Shown: positions 27,909-36,855 of the stretch, one piece after another
How positions within the stretch are numbered: the stretch's first letter is position 1
Layout: each line of letters begins with the position of its first letter
Source of the DNA: Vicugna vicugna
Taxonomy: Eukaryota
Direction of reading: 5' to 3'
DNA: 64,000 bases
Assembly (NCBI GenBank): GCA_013265495.1
Contig: MU060007.1
Location: 6,445,040 to 6,509,039 of the forward strand
Made by a program: the position numbers and the translations under genes
Notes under the pieces: model-generated
Seen by the model: the letters and a program-made list of their open reading frames with translations, nothing else
Databases searched by the model: none
Told to the model about the DNA's origin: nothing

Positions 27909-28149
27909 ATGTGGACAGAGTATAAATCATGTAAAAGCTTTCATTATTTACTTTAGAAAAATTATTTTCTATTGAAAAGACACACAAAAAATGCATTAAC
28001 ACTATTTCTCCTCTTTTCTAAAATCAGCTTATTCTTAAATTATAAAGACCTGTGCTATGGTCTTTAGTTGATACACTAAAATAAAAGCTTATTACATTTT
28101 GACATTTGGGTCCATCTTCTCAGTACACTTTACAGAACAGTTGCAGCAG

Positions 28150-28570
28150 GCATTCTTCTGCACACCCCAGAGCCACTCTTCTCCCTTTCTGTTAGAATGC
28201 TGCTTTGCTCATTTCTACTTTTCCCACATAAGGCTTGGAAGAAAATATTGCTCAGATGTAATCACTGAGGTGACTACCATTTCCTTTGCTTGCTCACATT
28301 GTGTTTAGAAATGGATATAATATCCTTGTGTCCAATGAGTGATGAAGGAATCTGCTAGTGGGTTTCTAGGAAATCTTCTTTCTTAAAATAACCTGAAACA
28401 GTAAATTTTCTTGCTGGATACTGTCAAGTCTGTATGGGATGCCTGGAACTGTAGTAACCATTTTATGACAAAGAATTTATCAAAGAAATAATAGGCAAAG
28501 AGAGAATGCCCTTAAATTCACTGAACTTTTGTTATGCAAAACATTCCATAATCCTTTAAGCCAATGCTTC
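28150..28570 (+). mobile_element. ERVL LTR fragment (LTR16/LTR33-like)
   Basis: gtccaatgagtgatgaaggaatctgctagtgggtttctaggaaa, gatgcctggaactgtagtaaccatttt. Confidence 0.5.
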
Positions 28571-28884
28571 TCAAAATGCTGATCTGAAACAGGACCAACA
28601 GCTAACGCCAGCATGTAAATCAATATACTTTCTTTCACTAAAGGTTATCCACAAAGAATATCAGATGAACAGTGTGGTCAGTGACATAGCTGAGTTACAC
28701 TGTGGCAGAAAAATCTTAAATCTCATTAAGTCTGCAATAACTGGATTATTTGATTGGAGAACTCAACCAAAAAAGTTATCTGGGAAAAATTCATATTCAG
28801 AGAACAGACACACCGCTTTGGTGTACAGACTAGGAAGCCTGGGGTTTGCTTTTTTTATATAATTTTGCTGTTCTTGGCTTCAGT

Positions 28885-29280
28885 TCAACAATCAGTTCAA
28901 TAAACATTCATTGAGCACCTAAATTATACATGTAGGAAACATGAATAAATAGGATTCTCTGGTCTCAGATCCCAAGTTGGTATGGGAGGAAAGGAAACCA
29001 GTAATTACAGTACATGCTGACTGAATTATTAACCTGTTTACAGGTTGTTGGAGACTTACATGTAGTTATGTTTGGGATAATAAGGAGGGATCAGAAAGGG
29101 AAAACTTTACAAAAAAAGGGTGGTACCTGAGCTAAGTTAAGACATGGAGTCAGTTCACAAAACTCCAGAAGGTAGGTCCAGGGTGAAGCTCAAACAGTAG
29201 GGGAATGACTAAATGCTATGCTAAGGAGTTGGGAGTTTTACTGATAGTAAAAGCTTATTACATGATCAGACCTGCATATA
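28885..29280 (-). mobile_element. L2 3' end fragment
   Basis: ttcaataaacattcattgagcaccta. Confidence 0.6.
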
Positions 29281-29469
29281 CCCCCATGACTCCAAGCATT
29301 TTATGACATAGCTATCGTTGAAGTATTTGCTGAACAGCTGATTAAAACTATAGCTAGACTTAAGTAATTGAAAATACCAAATTATAACTGCAGAATGGCT
29401 TTGGGATTAACTTGGAACAACTAACAATATCTATTTTAATTCCTCAATCTCACTTGTTTTTCAACCGAG

Positions 29470-29640
29470 TTGAACATTCTACTTTAATCTTCACAACTAC
29501 CCTAAGATAGTTACCCTGATCTATGAGGACACTGAGGCAGAGATCATCTCTCCTTGAAGCCAAAAATGGTCAATCTTGACTTTGAATTCAAGCAAGTATT
29601 AGTCCTAAATCCATATTCTTAACTCCTCTTGTACGGCTTC
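29470..29640 (-). mobile_element. MIR fragment
   Basis: ttaatcttcacaactaccctaagatag...gaggacactgaggcagaga...tttgaattcaagc. Confidence 0.6.
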
Positions 29641-30038
29641 TCTGGCAAATTGTGGGATATTTTGATTTTTCCCCTTAGGGTGGCCAAAGCTTAATTATGG
29701 AAACAATACTGATTTCTCTTTAAAATGATTCATTCCTAGGTTCTGGGCCCCTGTGAAAATCTCTGTTCAGGTATTCTAGTCAGGGAAGCCTGTGTTAAGG
29801 TACACGTTACTTGGCCTAGCTGTTTCACTCAAATGTGTGTAATTTTTTTCCAAGAGAATCTGGGTTTCTATGGGAATCTCATGGTTTTAAGTGCTGACAT
29901 GAATTTTAAAAAATACCACAGAATCTTAAGTTTTTTTAGTTTTATGTATATATTTTCCTCCCTACACTGGTTTTTAAAAATTCAAGCAACACCTAAAAAA
30001 AAAGTTACACTGGATGGAGTCACATGCTTATTTGAAAT

Positions 30039-30440
30039 TGTGATGGTTAATTTTATGTATCAAGTTGGCTGGGCCACTGTGTCCAGGTATTTGGCCAAAC
30101 ATTACTCTGGATATTTCTGTGAAGGTGGTTTTTATTTATTTATTTTTTTTAATGAGATAACCATTTAAATAGACCAAGTTTCAGTAAGGCTTATTATTCT
30201 CCATCATCTGGGTGAGCCCCATTCAATCAGTTGAAAGCACAGAACAGGACCGATTTCTTCAGAAGAGGAAATTCTGCCAGCAGACTGGAACTGCAACTCT
30301 TCCCTGGGTCTTCTTCAGCCTTCACTCTACCCCATCAGATTTTTGACCTGTCAAACTTCCACAACTGCACAAACCAATTCCTTAAAATAAATCTCTCCAT
30401 AGACACATCCTGATGGTTTTTCTCTGGAGACCTTCCCCTG
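30039..30440 (+). mobile_element. MLT2 (ERVL) solo LTR
   Basis: tgtgatggttaattttatgtatcaagttggctgggccac...caatcagttgaa...aaccaattccttaaaataaatctct. Confidence 0.85.
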
Positions 30441-31794
30441 CCTGGCCAGTATCAAAACTAAAAAGTTGTCTGGCCTCTGCCACTCAATATACTTATATTC
30501 TAAGAGCAGGCCTGCTGAAGCTCTTTTATGCGGATGGGGCAAACCGTATTCCTGTCCCAGGATAGGCAAGGGAGGTTTTTCTCATTCATGTACACTCAAA
30601 TATTTTAACTCAGAAAGACAAACTCAATAAATGACATTTTCTACCTAGACCCGCTATACAGTACTGTTACTTTTGACTCTTGATACATTTTAAATCAGGG
30701 AAAAAGTAATTCATTTCAGACTTGCCAGAACTTAGAATGCTTCTATATAGCTCAAGGAATCCCAAAATAATCGGATGGAGGTGTAATCCCCATTTCCTCC
30801 AAGAAAACCCTTTATTTGTAATTTAGCAAAGATTTGAACCAAGCACTCAAAATCATTTTACAAACCCTAAACTCTTAACTTTGGCTTCTAGTTCCCACAG
30901 GTAGAAATCCTTAATGTTCTACAGAAAAACTCTCCAAGCACAGGATAACATGAGTCATCAATAATCAACCCCTCCCTCACCAAAAAGCAAAATACACAAA
31001 TACACGGAATAGTTGGACAAAGTAACTGAGACTAAATCGCATCCATATTTAAGTAGTTACCAGATGGTTACTGAAAAGCTGGTAGATATTCCAAGTGACC
31101 AAACTAGGGTTAAAATATTCAGTAGCTAATTGCTTTCCCCTACCCTAATATAAAGCCCTAGGATCTAAGTCACTACATTTTAAGTTGTAAACAGCATTTC
31201 ACTTCTCAAACTGTAAATTTCATTCACTGATATAGATACTAATCAGAGTCAACCTTTAAACCATTTCTACTGGTCAAAGCTCCAGAATAAACTGAGAACA
31301 GCTTCAATATTGTCTCACATGCTATTATATTCCATGTTCCAATATATTTCAAATATTCTACTTTCTTTCAGTCTAAACAAAAATAATTGCTCAGTACCAC
31401 ATTGATCAAAGAAATTTTAATTTTAGAGTACGTGTCTAGAGGAAACAAATGAAGCTCTTGAACTTAAATCTGTACACACTACTGGTTTTCCTAATGATTA
31501 ACTTAACCACTCCTGGAGGGAAAAACAGATTTATTCCTTCAAAGTATGGAAGACCAAAAGTCTTTTTTCTCCCTTTAAAGAAAAAAAAAATTATAGGACA
31601 AAGTTTGTATTCCTCTTTTACAACAAATTATCAACAAATTCCTGCCCTAGGCATCAAAAATTAAAATTTAGAATATAAGACCAAGAAACTAGCTAACTCA
31701 TGTACCTAATCAAGAAACTAATAATGGAAGATTACCCAAATAAAAAGCACACGCTCAATGATTATCATGTTCCATATTTCAGAGAAGAGGCATT

Positions 31795-31905
31795 AAGGAT
31801 TTATGCCATTAGTTTATTTATAAAACATATCTAGTACGTTGAGTTCCAAGAGTTTGATCCTTTTTTTTTCAGAGATTGCACCTCTTAAAATGCTCCTCTT
31901 CCTAT
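31795..31905 (-). other. COX7C: COX7C exon 3 (entirely 3' UTR)
   Basis: Acceptor tttttattcacAG|ATAGGAAGAGGAGCATTTTAAGAGGTGCA, similar to the recalled human COX7C 3' UTR. Ends after AATAAA; the exact cleavage site is approximate. Confidence 0.9.
31813..31818 (-). terminator. COX7C proximal polyadenylation signal AATAAA
   Basis: tttatt on the plus strand within exon 3. A GU/U-rich element (GTGTGCTTTTTATTT on minus, about 31738-31752) lies downstream. Confidence 0.85.
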
Positions 31906-32004
31906 CTGTGAATAAAAATATAAAAAGTTAATATTAAAAATCAGATTCATTTAACAGAAATCATGTAGTTTCATTAATGTATTGTCTGTCCATCAGCTTA
32001 TGGC

Positions 32005-32072
32005 TGGTACATCAGAAAGCGTTTACAGTATCATGATTTTATTCATACTGATTTGCTTCATCATATGCACCA
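32005..32072 (-). ncRNA. SNORD138: Box C/D snoRNA SNORD138 (MIR3607 locus) in COX7C intron 2
   Basis: C box ATGATGA at 32064-32058 and D box CTGA at 32015-32012. A 7-bp terminal stem pairs TGGTGCA with TGTACCA (one G-U). Contains ACTGTAAACGCTTTCTGATG (32029-32010), matching recalled miR-3607-3p. The D box is about 105 nt upstream of the 3' splice site. Confidence 0.9.
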
Positions 32073-32334
32073 AAATCTTCAAGTAATGGCCTGGATAAAC
32101 CATTTCCCTTCTAAACTATGACAAGTAAAGTCTTTCTTTTCCAAACTCTATTTTGGAATTTATTCCAATAATCCCACATTCCTGTAGTGTTGCTTTTGAT
32201 GAAAATTCTGACTACAATTAAACTAAATAAATCCTTTCTTCTCACTCAGGCAATCTGTAAATCTTGCATATATACGAACACATACTGCCCTCAAGACAGA
32301 TTAACAATCAGTTTCCTAGAACTTTACCTGGTCA

Positions 32335-32530
32335 AGAACCTAAGCTCTGGAACAAGACTGCCTGGGTAAAAATCCTGGGCTGCCATCACTAGCTATGGGA
32401 TACTGGCTAACTTAACACTTTTGTGTCTCAGATCAGGTTAATACCATCCACCTGACAGTCCTGCCTGGTAGCTAACACGAGCTTATTAATGTAAAGCGTG
32501 CCTGACAAATACTAGTACTTAATAAACACT
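32335..32530 (+). mobile_element. MIR in COX7C intron 2 (antisense to the gene)
   Basis: aagctctggaacaagactgcctgggtaaaaatcctgggctgccatcactagct...taatgtaaagcgtgcctgaca...ttaataaa. Confidence 0.7.
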
Positions 32531-32734
32531 GACTTTCAGGCAAAGAAATATTTGTTTATAGGTTTGATGTGTCTCCCAATGCCACACCTACACTTAATTT
32601 CAGGAATCACAACAACACACAACAATGTATTCGTGATTTTTTTTTAGGGGGAGGGGATAGGGAAAAAGAAAGGAATAAAAGGGAAAGCACTGAAAAAACT
32701 AGAAATCCATTTAATTAATTACCTGTTTCCTGGA

Positions 32735-32851
32735 TTATTTTTTAAGCAGTTGATGTCTTACTATAAAGAAAGGTGCAGCAAATCCAGAACCAAAGTACAA
32801 AGTCATCATAACTAGTAACCGCCACTTATTTTCCACCGAAAATGGTAAATT
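32735..32851 (-). CDS. COX7C: COX7C coding part of exon 2
   Basis: Polypyrimidine tract and acceptor ttttttctccaacAG (AG at 32853-32852). Translates [38 protein letters not shown], with TAA at 32737-32735. Total protein is 63 aa. The exon continues 12 nt to donor CAG|GTAATT (exon end 32723). Confidence 0.99.
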   Translation of the reverse strand, partial: NLPFSVENKWRLLVMMTLYFGSGFAAPFFIVRHQLLKK

Positions 32852-33622
32852 CTGTTGGAGAAAAAAAGAGAAGCAACAAAAACTGAACTTCAAATCATCT
32901 AATTTTATAAATCAAAAGTGCACATGAAATGTTATTTTTTAAATAACCAGGTTATATATGCCATGTATCATTATATCTTCTAAAATATTATCTTTCAAAC
33001 CCTGTGTCTTCATCATACGAAACACCAGAAGGCAAAAAAAAAACAACCTGATTTTCACTCTTCAGCTCTACCCCTCTACACCTTTTCTCGGTCCATTTAT
33101 ACTAGGCCTTACACAACCCTGGGAGGTTGTCACTGCTAACTACCCGAGTTAAGCTATTTATATTTGAGGCTAAATCCCACTTCAACCAAGTAAGATGAAT
33201 ACTTCTAATTTAGTCAACTAGCTGGAGAAGACAAGACCCACAGGACAGGCCCTAATAACCTTGAATTTTGAGTGACCTTCATTTCGACTCGGGTGACCTC
33301 CAGCTACTCTTTAAGCCACAATTCCTGCAGCCAGGGGCTCCAAGGCCCTCCAGATCCTGAAGAGAGGGATGGGGAGCGAGGGAGGGATGGGGAAGCGCTG
33401 GGACTAGGTAAGGCCTCTCGCTTTACCTACTCATTCCTTTCCACGGATACGCGCACAGCCAGGGTCCTAAGCTTTCTCCCTGGTCCCGGGGGGAAGTGGA
33501 ATGCCAGTAGGCACCCCAGCCCAAATTCCCGGCTTCCCAGTTCCCTCTCTACTGCCCAGAAATTCAGTCAGTCTCGGCCAACGGCCCCCTACTCAACGAC
33601 GCCAGGCCCCTTCCATACTAAC

Positions 33623-33697
33623 CTTCCCTGGACCCTCCTCATAGTGGCTTCTTCGGACCACAGAGGTTGTGAACCTCCGAATGCTTTGTCCCAACAT
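33623..33697 (-). CDS. COX7C: COX7C coding exon 1 (mitochondrial transit peptide and N-terminus of cytochrome c oxidase subunit 7C)
   Basis: ATG at 33697-33695. Translates [25 protein letters not shown] (25 codons), the recognised COX7C N-terminus. Followed by donor AAG|GTTAGT (GT at 33622-33621), phase 0. Confidence 0.99.
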
Positions 33698-33731
33698 AGC
33701 GCTGTTGGAAACTCTGCGAAAGGCGCAGAGA

Positions 33732-33744
33732 CGGAAGGCGGAAG
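33732..33744 (+). promoter_or_regulatory. Tandem ETS/GABP (NRF-2) motifs CGGAAG x2
   Basis: cggaag at 33732-33737 and 33739-33744, abutting the YY1 site. Confidence 0.6.
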
Positions 33745-33754
33745 AAATGGCGGC
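33745..33754 (-). promoter_or_regulatory. YY1 motif GCCGCCATTT
   Basis: Plus strand aaatggcggc, matching the YY1 consensus; lies in the 5' UTR. Confidence 0.75.
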
Positions 33755-33811
33755 AGCACACCAACAGCTTCTCTCCCCGCGACCTTGTTCCTCTCTGGGC
33801 GCTAACCGAAA

Positions 33812-33818
33812 GGAAAGA
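33812..33818 (-). promoter_or_regulatory. TCT initiator / 5'TOP-like start (TCTTTCC)
   Basis: Exact match to YCTYTYY. The +1 C would be 33817, followed by an uninterrupted 10-nt pyrimidine run CTTTCCTTTC and then GG. Confidence 0.6.
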
Positions 33819-33875
33819 TGGGAAATGGGGCCGAGCTCTCGGAAAACGCGGCTAAGCGGCGATCTCCGAGGATTG

Positions 33876-33888
33876 TGGGAATTGTAGT
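33876..33888 (-). promoter_or_regulatory. ZNF143/Staf (SBS) motif ACTACAATTCCCA, copy 1
   Basis: Exact match to the ACTACAATTCCCA motif, about 60 bp upstream of the inferred TSS. Confidence 0.8.
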
Positions 33889-33925
33889 TCAGAACACAAG
33901 GTGTCTGGTGGGTCCTGAAGGATTG

Positions 33926-33938
33926 TGGGAAATGTAGT
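33926..33938 (-). promoter_or_regulatory. ZNF143/Staf (SBS) motif ACTACATTTCCCA, copy 2
   Basis: Matches ACTAYRNNNCCCR; exactly 50 bp from copy 1. Confidence 0.8.
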
Positions 33939-34435
33939 CTCGGGCCAGGTTCCTGGAGGATCAAAAGCTACTTACTAGCAGTGTTTCTTTTAGACCTGAG
34001 TTCTTATCGAGTTCTTGTCAGGTTTCTTGGGGCCCGTTTCTAGAACGCTTTTTCAGAAATTAGCGAAGCAGTTTCACCCCGTGTGCTTTAGTTTATGGAA
34101 CAGAAAAATAAACCTCTTCCTTTTCTTTTTGTGCGACTGTATGTTAAGTGCCTGTAATTTGCAGTACTATTCTGCCGGCGCTAAGAGATCTGAACTCATG
34201 AGACGGAAGCAAAGCGTAAGCACAAGTAACCCAACAATATACAGTACAAAGGTTGTCAGAGAGAAAACTGAATTGAAGTGTGAAGGGAAGGATTCCTGGA
34301 GCTATAGGGACCTGAATAGAACAGAAGTAGCACAGAGGGAAGAGAAAACTCAAGGCCAGTATGAGTATGGTATATTGGCAGTGTGGAAGAGAAAGCAGCC
34401 TGTGATATGCGGGGCCAGCCTCGACTAGGAATTGG

Positions 34436-34841
34436 TGTTCCCCTGCTGAACCTAAACAATTTCACAAAACATGAACATCAGAGTTACTCTAATTAGTGAT
34501 GGATCAAGAAAATAACATCACTCTATTGTATCTGAACATAAACAAATTAGAACATTGTTCAAGTTACAAAAATGACCAAACATCACCATATCCAGTAGAT
34601 TTGATGACTTCTGCTTCTTTACCAAATATAACCTTAACCTTCGATTAGTCTTTTTTCCTCCTAAGTGAGACTTAGTAGTAAGATAGCAGAAATCACTGAA
34701 AACAAGCCCAAATCCTGTAAGTCCTAACACCTTACTGAGATTCCCAGGGTTCCTCAGGGTATTTGGTCTCCCTTACAGTAAAGAGTAATAAACTCTGTTC
34801 AGTCATATATTCCTGGTGGTCTTTGACTAGTTGGTATTGGG
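34436..34841 (+). mobile_element. ERV1 solo LTR (MER31/MER67-like) upstream of COX7C
   Basis: 3' part cttactgagattcccagggttcc...gtaataaactctgttc...ttcctggtggtctttgact; AATAAA at 34787-34792. Confidence 0.6.
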
Positions 34842-35554
34842 AAGAAACAGGTGATAAATGAGGCGGGGATAGTAGTATTAGGTTAGATTAAAAAGGGCCC
34901 TGCTAACCTAACTTGTATGTTATTCATCTGTGGGAGAGCATACATTGCTTCAGATGGCTCATTTATACAGCAGGAATAAATACAGCCAAGTAAGATCTAA
35001 ATCTTGCTTTGAAAACTCAGTATAAAGTGTATGTATCTTTCTTTAGCTTTTGAAAGAGAAAAGCTATCTTTCACACCAACCAAATACAAAAACTTAAAAA
35101 AAAAGAGTAAGTTTTATTTTTACAGGTAAGTTCTAATTGAGTAGAGATGCATGTAATGCAAAATGAGTGTTCTCCTAATTGACAGAGGCTATATGATATG
35201 CAATTTTTTTAGAAGTCCCTGTCAGTGTCTTTATATATTAAAGGATTCTGATTTAACTATAATTGGGAAACATTTTCACAGTTAATATTTCTGGATTTTC
35301 TTTTTCAGTCTAATAATAAGTAATATCCCCTGTATATTTGGTTCATTGTTACTTCTAATTCACATTAATTGATTCTTTTTGTGTATCTGGCTTTCAGCTA
35401 ACTCCAAAGGAAACTCCAGAAGAGATTCTAGCATATGGCTTTGAAGTCATCTGCCTCCTCATGAGGGGCCCTGTGGCAAATTAAAGATCACAGCAAATTC
35501 TTTTCATCAAGCTGTAGGGTCTATGCCTTTTCTCCCTGAATCTGGATGGACTTT

Positions 35555-35990
35555 CTGTGGTTATTTTGATTAAGAGACTTTGGCATTAGTGCTGCTGTGT
35601 CAGTGTCTTGCCCAGGCCTTACGACATTGGCAGCTTCCTTTTCTGTCTTTTGGAAGATTTGCCTTTGCAACTCTGAGCTTTCATGTAAGAGGTTTGACTA
35701 CTTTGCTGGAGAAGCCTTCTGGAGAGTTCCCAAGAATCCACCTGAAGGAAGTGGGAGGGTCACCTCAGGAGTCAGATATGTGACTGAAGCTATCTTGGAC
35801 TCTCTGTCCAGTCCAGCTACCAGCAGAACATCATGGAGGGACCCTAGTCAATGCTGTATAAAGAGGAGTTGCCCAGTTTAGCCCTGCCCCAAATGCTGAT
35901 CTACAGATTTGTGAGAAATAATTAAATGGCTATTCTTTAAAGCCATAAAGATTGGGGTAGTTTGTTATGCAATGGTTAATAACTGGAACA
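35555..35990 (+). mobile_element. MaLR solo LTR (MLT1E/F/G-like)
   Basis: tgactgaagctatcttggac...gagttgcccagtttagccctgccccaaatgctga...taaagccataagattggggtagtttgttatgca...taactggaaca. Confidence 0.75.
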
Positions 35991-36536
35991 AAAAGAAATA
36001 ACACAGCTGCTTTATTTAGGGAAATCATGTGAGAAGAACACAGTTTCTCACCAGTAGTCCATATACTTGGGAATTTGGCTGTGTCATTTAAAATATTTCT
36101 CTTAGCTTAATACATATTTTCTCTTAAATCACACTTCTGTGATATTTCTCCAACTCTAATGAAGATGAGTTGTGCTAGACTGACCAAAACATTGAAAGAC
36201 CATATGATGGTGTTGTAGCAGTTGGCATACTCTGGGGATTGCTAGACACTCTCAGAAATGCATTTTGCAGCTTTTTGATGCTCTAGATAAGTTAGGAGGT
36301 AAATTGGGACAGCATTGAAGGTGACTGAGATCACTTATTCCTTGAATGATTATAGACCCTTGTATTAATGGCTAGATATCCATAGATCACGTTCTTGATA
36401 ATTATTTAAAAATATTTTCTAAAGAATGTTTTTGTCCAAAGACCAAATTGAACATGAAGAAAAATTTTATATTAGTTTCTGTGCTGTTTTCTTAATTGAT
36501 AATTATTACAATTTTTTAAAGAATATGATTGATTAC

Positions 36537-36740
36537 TTTTTTATTGTAGTCAATTTATAATTTTGTGTCAATTTCTGGTGTACAGCATAATAGTTCAGTC
36601 ACTATATATATATATATACACACATATATTCATTTTCATATTCTTTTTCATTATAGGTTACTTACAAGATATTGAATATAGTCCCCTGTGCTATTACATT
36701 ATAAACTTGTTATTTATCTATTTTATATATAGCAGTTAGT
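36537..36740 (-). mobile_element. 5'-truncated young-type L1 3' end, camelid-like (L1 Vpa-like)
   Basis: tttctggtgtacagcataatagttcagtca...cattttcatattctttttcattataggttacttacaagatattgaatatagtcccctgtgcta. This resembles the recalled artiodactyl/camelid L1 tail. Confidence 0.75.
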
Positions 36741-36855
36741 TAAATAATTAGCATACCCTGAGTTTAGGGATTCTATGTTAATCTTGTTTCCTAATTTCAG
36801 TAGAAAGGGAAGAAGTTGAAAGAAATTTGGCAATATTCCATTTCTGAATAGGTAG

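Larger units (their letters stand above)
33698..33817 (-). other. COX7C: COX7C 5' UTR (inferred TSS near 33817)
   Basis: Reads CTTTCCTTTCGG...GGAACAAGGTCG...GCCGCCATTTC...CTCTGCGCCTTTCGCAGAGTTTCCAACAGCGCT-ATG, close to the recalled human COX7C leader. Confidence 0.7.
33370..33990. promoter_or_regulatory. CpG-rich promoter/first-exon island of COX7C
   Basis: Sharp rise in GC and CpG content against an otherwise CpG-depleted window; spans exon 1. Confidence 0.85.

Noticed and set aside
32646-32662. G-rich run in intron 2 as a G-quadruplex
   Set aside because: Only three G-tracts.
33010-33016. Second C-box-like ATGATGA in COX7C intron 1 (shares TATGATGAAG with SNORD138)
   Set aside because: No CTGA D box on the minus strand between it and the exon 2 acceptor, and no terminal stem; not a supportable snoRNA.
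33593-33964. 123-aa ORF containing the COX7C N-terminus
   Set aside because: The upstream extension starts beyond the inferred TSS and the C-terminal VSMEGAWRR is intron read-through; only 33623-33697 is coding.
33272-34428. Plus-strand ORFs of 177, 72 and 137 aa around the promoter
   Set aside because: Typical stop-poor frames in GC-rich DNA. Two start at non-ATG codons and none has a recognisable product. The MAAAHQQ start is simply the YY1 motif.
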